Shown here piece by piece: positions 1 to 9,908 of a stretch of DNA of 46,001 nucleotides (positions are counted from its first letter, which is position 1; the number at the start of each line of letters is the position of its first letter). The stretch spans positions 1 through 46,001 of the forward strand of contig JBKHIT010000038.1 of assembly GCA_046538485.1 (NCBI GenBank), given 5' to 3'. The notes under the pieces were generated by a model. The model did no database searches. It was given only the letters and a program-made list of their open reading frames with translations, and was not told the origin of the DNA. A program made the translations under genes and the position numbers. The stretch is from Candidatus Brocadiia bacterium. Lineage in GTDB: Bacteria; Planctomycetota; Brocadiia; SM23-32.

Positions 1-19
1 CCATTGCGACAACGGGGAG

Positions 20-258
20 GGGCTGGGAGAATCCCAGCCCTTTACCCGCTTCTGCGATCGCCCCTCCGGGGCTCAAAACGGCATAAGAGAGCCGACAAAG
101 GGGCGGTGCAGAGCTAATCCGGGTGAACGCGCTGAAGCCGTGTGGAAGGAAAGAATGGGCGATGCAGAGTTAGCCCTGTGCGCGGTCGCGCCGTCTTTCG
201 GCGCGCAAGCTCCGGGTTAGATCGGTCCCACAAAATAAGAGCCCCCGAAGGGGGCGAC
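20..258. repeat. REP-like palindromic cluster
   Basis: Hairpin GGGCTGGGA-gaa-TCCCAGCCC (20-40); TCGCCCCTCCGGGGCTC (~58-74) and GAGCCCCCGAAGGGGGCGAC (239-258) are inverted near-copies of one short palindrome. Confidence 0.65.
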
Positions 259-332
259 GCTGAGGTAAGCGGTTTCGCGTAAGTATCCCAACGTTTTGAG
301 AGAGAAAGTTATCGGTCCCGAAACCCGTTATC

Positions 333-628
333 GTGGGCTGAAGCTCCACCATAAGTCCGCTCCCAAAATAGCGTATCAGGAGCGGACTGGAGTTCAGAAC
401 GCGGGAAGTTTCATCCGAGTGGCCATTTTTCAAATTTCGTCCGCCTCAAGTCCCCGTGAGCGGACTGGACTTCAGACGGAGGCCTGAGGCCGGAGGCTGG
501 AGTTCAGAACGCGGTCCAGAAACCTGCTGGTTTCGCGGCAGAGCGCTGGCCCGGTGTTTGGCCAGCCCCGGGACTGCGGGGGCTAACGACAACGGCAGGT
601 CCGGCTCGGCGATCCGGACCTACAGCTC
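333..628 (+). repeat. Composite dispersed palindromic element (longest copy)
   Basis: Hairpin GTCCGCTCC..GGAGCGGAC; core GAGCGGACTGGACTTCAG..CTGGAGTTCAGAACGCGG (457-514, partial copy 380-404); GTAG-type REP on the minus strand (598-623). Homologous to copies near 12.9, 16.0, 24.1, 26.8, 32.7 and 34.9 kb. Confidence 0.9.
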
Positions 629-2160
629 TCGAGCATTTTCCGAAAATCGCAGCCGTTTCTGGTCTTTGAAACTTCCCGGAATATACGCCGGCCTTATGGA
701 TCTGGGGAATCGCGGCAGAATATCGATACCATAGCGGTGGCCGGATTGAGAAGAACCGTGTCCAAAATGGAGATAGGACATGGTAGAACCGCTGACAACT
801 TCCGTATCAGAACCGGCTACCAAAATATCCCACCGGGGCGGATTCCCCCTCCCATAAGGTGTATGAAAGCAGAATTCTCGATATTTCCCCTTGTTGGTTT
901 CGCGGTAGTGTTGCGCCTTAAATGTTGATCCCGGTATTGGTTTGCCTTGGAGTGTTCTCCATCTCCGTTCGTCTTCCCACCCTATGGCCAAAAGCCGGAC
1001 CTTGCAATTCGGGTCGCCACTTACCCATCCCGGGGGACCTGGTGCCGTTCTAACCCCAACCGCAAAAACGACGAATATTAGAGCGAGTGTAGCGATGCTC
1101 CCAGCGAACGTAGTCCAGGGGCGCCCCCCTTTGTCCCCTCTGATTTTTTTGAAATCCGTTGCTCTCGCTTCGCGATGTCGGTCAGAAACAGTCCTGACCC
1201 CAGACCGAATGAACTGGCCTTCCAACCCAGCTCAAGCCGTTCCTTCCAGTCACTCAGACCTTCCGCATAATCTTTGGCCTTCACCGGAAGCGTAAGAGCA
1301 ACCTGGTCGGCAGCATGTGCCTCGTTACCCTCCAGCTTACGTTTCAATATCCACAAAAGTGGTTGGAAGAAGATGAATCCCCGAAGAACGCCGGCTAAGA
1401 GATCCCACATCCCACTTTTGTTATGGAGGCAACCCAGCTGGTGGGCCAGCATGCAACGGAGGGCAGGGCCATTCTCCCGGGTTCTCTCCAGATCGGGGAT
1501 GATGATCCCCGGATCATAACCTCCCCAGAAAAGCGGTGCCCCTATATCTTCATTCGCAAGCAGATCAGGCAGTTTCACATGCAGCCGGCGGGCAAAATTC
1601 TGAAGGGTCATTTTTACTGCCTTATCCTTGACAGGTGTGGCACGGCTGAGTCTCCAGCGAGATTCTGGGGTGTGCACTCCCCGTTTGGCAGTCTCCCCGG
1701 TTGCGGCTTCGCTGGCCCCACCACCATCGTTCTCGCCTTGTCCATCCAGTTCCTCAGGGGAATCCCCCGGTCCCGCTCTCTTCTGCTCCAAAGCTGCAGA
1801 GTTTGCTGGTTCGCCAAACGTTTCGTTCCTTCTCACGGGCAGCCCGCGTAATTGCTCCGGCTCGAAAGACATCGTCGCCAGGTCTCTCTGGCTCGGACCC
1901 GCGGGGCCCTTCACGTATCCACCTTTGGGTAACGGAATCGCGAGAAGACACGCCCTATCCGCATATCCCCAGATTGTAGACAGAACCGGTAAGATCAGGG
2001 CGATGAAGGTGAGCCGACATATAACCACCCGAACCTGCGCCCTACCCTCGACCAACCTTAAAGCCAGCAGCGCGCCCCCCGCTATGATGCCAGATTGCAC
2101 AAAAAGCACAAGAGCCGTGCGGAACACCGAATCAAACGCTTCCATTGCTCCCACAGCCAC
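620..2160 (-). pseudogene. BlaR1/MecR1-like peptidase M56 membrane protein, split by a frameshift (ORFs 1078-2160 and 620-1225)
   Basis: M56-like text (APLFWG..PGIIIP, FFQPLLW, ADQVAL, KDYAEGL); the HExxH zinc motif reads HQLGC; the post-protease TM helix and C-terminal domain lie in the -1 frame after an A7 run (1144-1150). Confidence 0.75.
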
Positions 2161-2260
2161 CGATGTTGTCCCCTTGTAAATACAGAATCCAACTTATCCG
2201 ACATAATATCGCTTAAGGGCTGCCCGTGCAAAACATTTCCGAGTAACGACAATGTTCGGA

Positions 2261-2289
2261 TTGACGCTCTGGTAGTACTGGGGTAAGTT
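2261..2289 (+). promoter_or_regulatory. Putative sigma70 promoter
   Basis: TTGACG-17 bp-TAAGTT upstream of the ORF at 2334. Confidence 0.4.
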
Positions 2290-2333
2290 AAGAGTGGCAT
2301 CACAAGTGTATCTTTTGTTAAGGGAGAGGGAAG

Positions 2334-2774
2334 ATGGAGGAGCGAATTGCGCGGTTGGAGCAAACCAACCGGTTTATGAAGGTTATGTTAATCGTTTTCG
2401 TAGCCATCGCAGCCGTCGGAGCCGCCACAAAAGGCGTTCAGAATACAGTACGGGCTCGAAAAATCCTCATTATGGACCAAGAGGGCAATCCCCGCATCGG
2501 AATGGCCGTGAGAGAAGGCAACCCGGGTATATTCCTCTATAACAAGGAGCGCAAAACCCGCCTGGGGCTGGCCTTGATGGAAGAAAACTCGGGGGTGTTT
2601 GTATACAACCCGGAGGGGAAGACGCGCATAGCACTACTCGTGGACAAAGAAAGCCAGGGCATGTTCCTCTATGACAAAAACGGCAAAACCCGCATAGGCA
2701 TGGCTGCAAGGAAAGGCATGGCAAAAATGGAAGTGTCCGACGAAAACGGGAAAACTGTCTGGAGTGCCCCATAA
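2334..2774 (+). CDS. Membrane-anchored hypothetical protein with 22-aa tandem beta-hairpin-like repeats
   Basis: Purine-rich RBS; short coiled N-terminus plus hydrophobic helix; about 4.5 repeats of GxFLYDxxGKTRIxL; ends WSAP. Confidence 0.85.
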   Translation: MEERIARLEQTNRFMKVMLIVFVAIAAVGAATKGVQNTVRARKILIMDQEGNPRIGMAVREGNPGIFLYNKERKTRLGLALMEENSGVFVYNPEGKTRIALLVDKESQGMFLYDKNGKTRIGMAARKGMAKMEVSDENGKTVWSAP

Positions 2775-4162
2775 TTCCCAGACCAAAAGTCGAACACCTC
2801 GAGACAACTACCGTTTCTCTTAGCCGAGGCGGTAAGGCGGTTAACTTACGCATATCCAATGGGGGGGAGGAATCTCCGCAATCAATTCAAAAAGGGCTGG
2901 AAATCCTTTCAAATCGCTTATGTTTTCTGGCTGATGCCAAAATCAAAAAACTCAAAGACCAGAAAACTGGCAATATCCTGCTTGAGAACTGCCCGAAAAA
3001 GAAACTGCTCGACCTTCTCCGAGACGCAGGACTGAAGGAAAAGCTCGATGAAAAGCGGCTGGCCCAAAGTTACTTCCTGCAGGTACAAAAATCTCAGAAA
3101 CCTGATCCCGTGGTGACAATCCGCGCCTGGGGCAACCTGGGATTGTATTACGGGTTGCTGACGTTTTGTCAAATCGTGGATAAGAACAATTCGGGCAAGC
3201 TGACGGTCCCGACGGGAAAAATTGTCGACTGGCCGGCGATCGGGTTGCGGCTGGCAAAAACAAGCGCGACCACCAACCCACTTGCCACCCTCGAAAAATT
3301 CGCCGACTGGATGCCCCTTTATAAGATGAACCAGATAGGACTTCAGTTCCACGGCGAGGAATCCAGGCAGCTCGGACGCTTCCAGACAAATGTTGAATCG
3401 CTCTGCCCCCGGGAGCGGGAAAACGGTCTCTTGGAAACCATCGTTTATTTCTGTCCTTTCCGAGGTGAAGGTTATGATTTCCAAAAAAAGGATGATAGAA
3501 ATGCTTATGCGAAGCTCATCCATTGGATGCTGAGACAGGGAGCTCACGGAATCGAAGTGGATTATAATGACTGGCCCGGCAGGGATACCCCGATCAAAAA
3601 CGTGATCCATCTGGCGTATGAAGCGGTGCAAAAAATTGATCCCGAAGCGTACATTTTGTATTGCCCTCCGAACAGAGGCGACCATAAATATTACGGACCG
3701 GCATCCTCTGAAACCCGGCGTATTCTCGACCAGCTTCCTGAGAAGGTCTGCCCTCTTTGGACGGGTACATCAGTTCTCATTCAATCGCCTTTGAGCGTTG
3801 AAGATGTTGAAGAGTGGACCCAAAAAGCGGGAAGACGACCTTTCCTGTGGGTCAACCGGGTCTCGCGGGAAGTTGACAGATCCTTTTCACGACTGATAGA
3901 GGGGATGGCTGAGGCCCGCGTCTTTCAGGGCGAATTGCTGCCAGTAGAGTTAAATGAACTGTTTGAGGGCATCCATTTCAATGCCGGTTTCTCCAGCGGT
4001 TACAATACGATGCCCGAGAACTTCAGCAAAGAATCATTGGTTTATTTCGCGACAGCGGCAGATTATGTCTGGAATGCTCGCGACTGGGATGTGGCAGAAT
4101 CATATGAAAGAGCCCAGCGCTTCGTGAGTATTATGAAACCTATCGTGGACGGAACAAAATGA
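2762..4162 (+). pseudogene. GH20b-domain plus GH84-like (beta-N-acetylglucosaminidase-like) protein, 5' truncated
   Basis: Frame of ORF 3110-4162 is open upstream and includes IIPRPK near 2771 (typical GH20b start), QSYFLQV, GLYYGLLTF, IVDWP and C-terminal ADYVWN..ESYERA. No ATG/GTG/TTG or signal peptide between the stop at 2672 and 3110. Confidence 0.65.
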
Positions 4163-4314
4163 CTTTCACGGAATGGGGCAGACCCGGCTTCCAATTATTT
4201 CGACGGGTCTGAGTAAATGGGTCTATCTGGCGTGATACAGCACGATTGGAAGCAAATTCTATACGCTCATCTCTGTTCCCCGCATTGCTCCCGCCCGATT
4301 TCTCACAACCGACA

Positions 4315-5229
4315 TCACGGTTCATAATCCGGGTAGTTTGGATGGTATCCAGGGCCTTTGCCCTTAAACGGTTGTGGGGCATCGGAGGTGGTCTGGGCTA
4401 CCTGCGACCAGTACATTGGGAGCGATCTCCACTCCATTCCCCATTCCACGTGCCCATCGGCGAACAACACATTGCCCCCTTCCGGCAAACCGTCCACGCC
4501 CCGGTGCCGCTGTCGCCCTCCGTTACGACTCACGGGGCCGGGAAGATTCGCCCCGCTGCCCGTTGGATAGACCTCCGACCGGAGTGAATTGTGCGCCGGT
4601 TTTTTCAGCAAATGGATATAATTCGTCCCGGGCTTGGTACAACTCTTCCAGGGCGCACCAAGACCATACTTTTTATAAAACCACAGATCAGCACACTCCC
4701 ATTTGGTATAAGGCTCAGATGCATGCCAGACCCAAAAGTGAAGTTGTTGCCAGACCCCGTGGCCGTGAAGATCCCAGTAATCATCGGTTTCGCTTGTCAC
4801 CAGATTATTGCCGAACCCGCCGCCGCGATGGGCCAGCTTCTTGATACCATATTCGCGCAGCAATGGATGCGCAGGACAGTTCCACACATGCGCCCCGCCG
4901 GTCACGGCCCACAATTCATCGCGGGTCTCGTTTTTGTCCCACCGGGTCCACATGCTGGCATCCCACGGTGAACCCGGCAGCTCGTCATTGTGATTGAAAG
5001 TGAACTGCAGGATGGCCATACCCTGCTGCCTCATGTTGCTGGTGCAGCTGACGCGCCGGGCTTGCTCCCGAGCACGCTCCAGGGCTGGCATCAGCATCGC
5101 CGCCAGAATTGCAATGATCGCTATCACCACGAGCAGTTCTATGAGCGTAAACCCCGCTCGTTCAGTCTGCCGACTCTTGCCCCATAACCGCGCAGAAACT
5201 GTCCTTGTTTCCGTTACTTCCTCAAACAT
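4315..5229 (-). CDS. Prepilin-type N-terminal cleavage/methylation protein with H-X9-DG-type C-terminus (DUF1559-like)
   Basis: [35 protein letters not shown]-terminal [20 protein letters not shown] before ATG 5229. Confidence 0.92.
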   Translation of the reverse strand: MFEEVTETRTVSARLWGKSRQTERAGFTLIELLVVIAIIAILAAMLMPALERAREQARRVSCTSNMRQQGMAILQFTFNHNDELPGSPWDASMWTRWDKNETRDELWAVTGGAHVWNCPAHPLLREYGIKKLAHRGGGFGNNLVTSETDDYWDLHGHGVWQQLHFWVWHASEPYTKWECADLWFYKKYGLGAPWKSCTKPGTNYIHLLKKPAHNSLRSEVYPTGSGANLPGPVSRNGGRQRHRGVDGLPEGGNVLFADGHVEWGMEWRSLPMYWSQVAQTTSDAPQPFKGKGPGYHPNYPDYEP

Positions 5230-5497
5230 TGCGGTCTCCTCAGCGCATACTTCCAAAACAAAACTCCTTTACAATATCATACCCCATAATTGCTTTTATC
5301 GCAATTCCTGAGAACTGTGTTGATTGCGGCAATTTTGCGGGCATGCTATGTTATAGTAGATGTTGTTGCGTGTTCGACAATGTGCAGAAACCCCGTTCTG
5401 GCCGATATTCCCCTATCCGAAAAACTTACACGGGTGCGGTGCATACCGGAAAAGCGAACGAGGCGGAAAACATCAAAATCACAGAAGGTACCGACCG

Positions 5498-7147
5498 ATG
5501 AGGATTGTCATTGCCGGCATGAAGTGTTCAGGAAAAAGCACCCTGGCCCAGAATCTCAGCAACCTGCTTGATATCTCTTGCGTAGAAACCGATGATGTCG
5601 CGGAAGAACTCTATCAGGAAGAGAATGGCGAGGCTCTCAGTTGCAGGGAAATATGCGAACAGCATGGAGAAGATTGCTTCCGCAACCTCGAATCCCTGGC
5701 CGTCCAAAAAATATCCGCGCTTCAGGGATGCATCCTGAGCCTCGGGGGATCAACCTTTCTGGTCCCTGAACACCGACGAAAGCTCTGCGATGAATCGGTC
5801 CTCATCTGGCTCGATCCCGATCCCGAAACGCTCTGGGAGCGCATACGCCGGACCGGAATCCCGCCATTTTTACGCGAGGATGGCGCAAAAGAAAAATTCT
5901 TCCGAAAATGTGAGCTGGCATCGGATATCGTTGCTCCGATCGCGCATATAACGTGTGATACTTCCGATCTCCCGCCGGAAGAGGTGGCCCGTCAGGTCGC
6001 CCAACAAGTCGTGGAAGAAATACACTGCCGGATGAAAAGCCCGAATACCCTCGGGGAGATCATCCGGGTAACCACTTTCGGTGAGAGCCACGGCCCCGCG
6101 ATGGGGGTGGTCATGGACGGGTTGAAACCGGGGATCGAAATCGATGATGATTTCATTCGGCACGAACTCGCCCGCCGTCGCCCCGGGCAGAGCCACATCA
6201 CCACCTCGCGCGATGAAAAGGACCAGTTCCGTATCATCTCTGGAGTCTTTGAGGGAAAAACGACCGGTATGCCGCTGGCCATCATCATCGAGAACCGTGA
6301 TGCCGATTCCTCGAAATACGACAAAATCCGCGACATATTCCGGCCCGGTCACGCTGATTTCACATTCTGGAAGAAATATGCCATCCGCGATCACCGCGGC
6401 GGAGGCCGTTCCTCGGGACGTGAAACCGTCAGCCGGGTGGCAGCCGGAGCTATCGCGCGGACCAAACTCCAGCGCGAAGGTGTCACTCTCAAAGCATGGA
6501 CCGAGGAGATTGCGGGTATCAGAGCGCAGAAACATGACTTCGAAGAGATAGAGAACAATCCCGTTCGCTGTCCCGACAGCCAGGCGGCAAAAAAGATGGA
6601 AGAGGCCATCGTAAAAGCCCGCCAGGAGAACGATTCAGTCGGCGGAATCATCCGACTGCAAATCACCGGCCTGCCCGCAGGACTCGGGGATCCGGTCTTC
6701 GGGAAACTCGACGCCCGCCTCACCGGATCCCTGATGACGCTGGGGGCCGTGAAAGGTATCGAAATCGGCGCCGGTTTCGGCGTCAGCCGTATGCGCGGAA
6801 GCGAGAACAACGACGAGATCTCCGCGGATGGTTTCGAGACCAATAATGCCGGCGGAGTGCTTGGCGGCATTTCGACCGGACAGCCTATCGAACTCAGACT
6901 TGCGGTGAAACCGACCCCTTCCATCTCACAAGAGCAAAAGACTGTGGACATCCAGGGCAACGAACGCCAGATGCACATCGAAGGCCGTCACGACCCGTGC
7001 ATTGCTCCCAGACTGGTCCCTGTGGTGGAATCCATGGCCGCCCTTGTTCTGCTGGACGCGTGGGCGATTCAGGAACGCCTGCGGGACGCCAGGATCGAGA
7101 GCGAAGGCGAAATATCCGGAGGAGCCGAAGGGGAGTGTGGCGATTAA
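5498..7147 (+). CDS. aroC: Fused shikimate kinase (AroK) - chorismate synthase (AroC)
   Basis: N-terminal GMKCSGKST P-loop, GEDCFRNLES, SLGGST; from ~6032 FGESHG, RPGHADF, GGGRSSGRET, NNAGGVLGGIS, GRHDPC; one uninterrupted frame. Confidence 0.95.
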   Translation: MRIVIAGMKCSGKSTLAQNLSNLLDISCVETDDVAEELYQEENGEALSCREICEQHGEDCFRNLESLAVQKISALQGCILSLGGSTFLVPEHRRKLCDESVLIWLDPDPETLWERIRRTGIPPFLREDGAKEKFFRKCELASDIVAPIAHITCDTSDLPPEEVARQVAQQVVEEIHCRMKSPNTLGEIIRVTTFGESHGPAMGVVMDGLKPGIEIDDDFIRHELARRRPGQSHITTSRDEKDQFRIISGVFEGKTTGMPLAIIIENRDADSSKYDKIRDIFRPGHADFTFWKKYAIRDHRGGGRSSGRETVSRVAAGAIARTKLQREGVTLKAWTEEIAGIRAQKHDFEEIENNPVRCPDSQAAKKMEEAIVKARQENDSVGGIIRLQITGLPAGLGDPVFGKLDARLTGSLMTLGAVKGIEIGAGFGVSRMRGSENNDEISADGFETNNAGGVLGGISTGQPIELRLAVKPTPSISQEQKTVDIQGNERQMHIEGRHDPCIAPRLVPVVESMAALVLLDAWAIQERLRDARIESEGEISGGAEGECGD

Positions 7148-7164
7148 TTTGGAACGATTTAAGG

Positions 7165-8835
7165 CTAAGACGACGAGGCTGACGCGTCCTCTGTGGAGCC
7201 CGGCTGTCGCGTAGTTGTCGTCATCTCCCCCGTTCTTCGCAAAACCACTGTCTGTGCTGCCATATCGCCCAGCCTTTGCCAGTTTTTTGTGAGCGATACT
7301 AAAAGGATACCCACCAGGAAGTAACACATACCGTCGACCAGTTTCAGTATGTTTCTCACAAGAGCGCGTCCTACGCCGCACGGTTTCATATCCGTCCCCA
7401 GAACGCGTATCCCCAGCAGCCATTTTCCGGGAGTGATCCCCCGTTTCCCTTCGATCACACTCAGGATAACCAGGCCCAGCAATCCCCAGAACATCCCTCC
7501 GGAAACTAACGCCATACCGATCAAGATGTGGGCAGGACTGAACATCCTCCATCCTGATCTGAAAATCATGAAAAAACCCACGATAGTGGGCAATCCCAGC
7601 AGAAGTGAATCCACTATCTGGGCGAAAGCTCTGCGCGTCAGAGAGGCATAGGGGATCTGTCTTTGATGCGAATCGTACTGGCAGACGCGGTATTTTCGCA
7701 TCAGAGCCGCCAGCACAATCGCCAGCAAAAGCGGTATTAGAGCCATCAAACCGTGCGGGAAGAAAATCCAGGTGGTCATCAAGCCCCCGAAAGGATTAAA
7801 CCTCCCGACCGTTTTTCGTTTTACCACTTCGCCGTGCCGGATCAGCAGAAATTCAAAACTCCCCGGAAAACCCTCGACGCCGACTACAATTTCCCTTCGT
7901 CGGCCGGAGTCGAACGCCAGAACGTTCATCGGCAGTCCGGCCCTGACACGGCCTGTTGACTTCCAGGCGCCGTCCTCCAACCCCTGCATTTCCACGCTGG
8001 CTCCGCCGAAGTCCATACGGGCGGTTACAAGCACAGGCCGGCCATTCGTTTCGGTCACCTCCCAGGTCGTCACATCCGTCGCGACAGCGGACCATTGATT
8101 GGGATCCTGCGAATCACCCTCCGGAATTCCTTCGCGATGAAAAATCGTGCCAGCCTGATTCAAAAAAACGTGAATTTTGCCCTTCGCATTGACGACCTGC
8201 AAAATATCTTCGAGCGGCATCTCGGCATCATCCCGGGTCTCACTTTTCTTTTCTGGCATTCTGTGCTCGAGGATGTCGATTTGTGTCACCTTGCGCCATT
8301 TTCCCCCCTCTAACACTCTCAGCGTCACCCCATTGGGCAGGCGGTCTATCACAGCCGGCTGGCCTTCGTACAAAAACGGATGCGTCATTTCTCCCAACCC
8401 CCCTGCATCGGGCAATTCCTCAAGCTCTCCATCCTGGTAGGCAGCCACCCAATGGTTGTTGCTGATAATCCACAAACGCTCTCCGTCTGGCAAAAGCCAT
8501 CCATATGCACCGGGGAGAGAGGCCCGGCTGACCGTATCGGCTTTTTTCTCGAACAACTTCCACGACTTGAGTGCGGGTTCTTGATCTGATTCCAGATTTT
8601 CCTCGCAGAACCACATTTCCCCCTGCCACCATGCCATGTGTTCGAGTTGCACCTGCGGCTCCATGCCGAACGTCATAAATACGGGCATCATGCAAAGGAA
8701 CACCGCGAAAGGAAGGAGGAACTGGCCCAGAAAAGACCCCACCCCGAGAATGCCGACCAGTAGAGTAAACTTCCGCTTGCCCTCTTCCGAGCGATAACCG
8801 GCAGGGCATCCGCTGTGTTCGTCGGCGTCAGCCAT
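7165..8835 (-). CDS. RDD family membrane protein with a large extracytoplasmic domain
   Basis: C-terminal YASLTRRAFAQIVD..GITPGKWLLGIRV..RALVRN..QRLGDMAAQTVV; N-terminal TM segment. Confidence 0.9.
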   Translation of the reverse strand: MADADEHSGCPAGYRSEEGKRKFTLLVGILGVGSFLGQFLLPFAVFLCMMPVFMTFGMEPQVQLEHMAWWQGEMWFCEENLESDQEPALKSWKLFEKKADTVSRASLPGAYGWLLPDGERLWIISNNHWVAAYQDGELEELPDAGGLGEMTHPFLYEGQPAVIDRLPNGVTLRVLEGGKWRKVTQIDILEHRMPEKKSETRDDAEMPLEDILQVVNAKGKIHVFLNQAGTIFHREGIPEGDSQDPNQWSAVATDVTTWEVTETNGRPVLVTARMDFGGASVEMQGLEDGAWKSTGRVRAGLPMNVLAFDSGRRREIVVGVEGFPGSFEFLLIRHGEVVKRKTVGRFNPFGGLMTTWIFFPHGLMALIPLLLAIVLAALMRKYRVCQYDSHQRQIPYASLTRRAFAQIVDSLLLGLPTIVGFFMIFRSGWRMFSPAHILIGMALVSGGMFWGLLGLVILSVIEGKRGITPGKWLLGIRVLGTDMKPCGVGRALVRNILKLVDGMCYFLVGILLVSLTKNWQRLGDMAAQTVVLRRTGEMTTTTRQPGSTEDASASSS

Positions 8836-8899
8836 AAGCTATCCTCTCTCAGATTCCGGAGTGGTTTACATGCCAGACCGTCACGATAACAGCCGACGG

Positions 8900-9769
8900 T
8901 CACTTTGTGCCACTTTGTTCCTGAAGCATTTGGGAAATTGTTACAGGTCGGGCGTACCCACTTTCGAGAATTTTCGGCAGGAGTTTCCGGTGAACAGCGT
9001 ATCCCGAATCCTCGTTGCGCGCGAGACCATGCCAGTGACTCACCATCACAAACGGCACCCCCTGCTCCCGGCAGAATTCAAACTCTCGCATCGCCAGATC
9101 CACCATAGCACTGATCTTTTCCTCATTATGCGGCACGTGGAACGCGTAGTCCCCGCCGGTCATCGGGACTTCCCAAACGGACGTCCCGAAAATCTCATAG
9201 GGTCGCCATTCCACGCATTCGCGCAGTCCTTCGGGCGCATCCCACTCCCCTTGATTCCACAACCACGAGGTGATTCCCGCAATCCGCGAGGAGACCCACT
9301 CGTAACCTAACGCATCCAGCGCCCGGTAGAGTTCACCGCAAAATGCACCCCATCCCGGCCGGAAACCAACCGGATCGACGCCGAAAGCTTCGCGCCAGAC
9401 ACCCCGTCCCTCTTCCAGCATTCGGACGAGAGACTCGAACGAATGTTTCTGCTCAATTTGCAGTCGCTCGTCGTCGTAGCGACGACGGACTTCGGGGCTG
9501 AAATCCAACATCCAGGTCTCCGGAACCCCGCACTCGAATGGGGTATGGCGGGTCCCGTGCTGGTGGAACTCGTGTCCCTGATCCCTTCCTTCAGCAATTG
9601 TATCCAACAGTTCAGCATCGTCCGCAATCGACTGTTCCCCACCGATCGGGACCACGAAGAAAGTGCCGCAAACCCCGAACTCGCTCAGGAAATTCATCTG
9701 CCGGCGCAGCTGGTCCGACTTTCCCACACTGACATCGTCATTGGTCCATAAAAAAGGAATCGTCTCCAT
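8900..9769 (-). CDS. Polysaccharide deacetylase-like (NodB fold / DUF2334-like) protein
   Basis: TNDD, TFFVVP, HEFHQHGTRH, GFRPGW, SHWH; AAGGAG RBS before ATG 9769. Confidence 0.8.
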   Translation of the reverse strand: METIPFLWTNDDVSVGKSDQLRRQMNFLSEFGVCGTFFVVPIGGEQSIADDAELLDTIAEGRDQGHEFHQHGTRHTPFECGVPETWMLDFSPEVRRRYDDERLQIEQKHSFESLVRMLEEGRGVWREAFGVDPVGFRPGWGAFCGELYRALDALGYEWVSSRIAGITSWLWNQGEWDAPEGLRECVEWRPYEIFGTSVWEVPMTGGDYAFHVPHNEEKISAMVDLAMREFEFCREQGVPFVMVSHWHGLARNEDSGYAVHRKLLPKILESGYARPVTISQMLQEQSGTK

Positions 9770-9908
9770 AAAATCTCCTTCCGGCATCAGAGGCGTTTGC
9801 CGTCATCATTTCCGAAACGGAAAAACAGAAAGCAAGAATTGCAGATGATTCTCAGAAATCCGCGAAGCGCTTTTGGACTCCTGCACTCGCTGAAGGTTGT
9901 ATGACCCA

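Noticed and set aside
170..734. Short ORFs reading GLDFS..LEFRTR (also at 12710, 15846, 24124)
   Set aside because: They are translations of the dispersed DNA repeat rather than a protein family; no RBS or consistent length
4614..4657. Imperfect 21-bp tandem (YNSSRA twice in an alternative frame)
   Set aside because: Two degenerate units inside the prepilin-like CDS, not reflected in the real protein; likely chance
5360..5497. N-terminal extension of the AroK-AroC ORF from the ORF track (likewise starts at 23041, 31325, 36169, 39294, 44017)
   Set aside because: Downstream ATGs match domain starts and mostly have better RBS-like sequences; the extensions look non-coding
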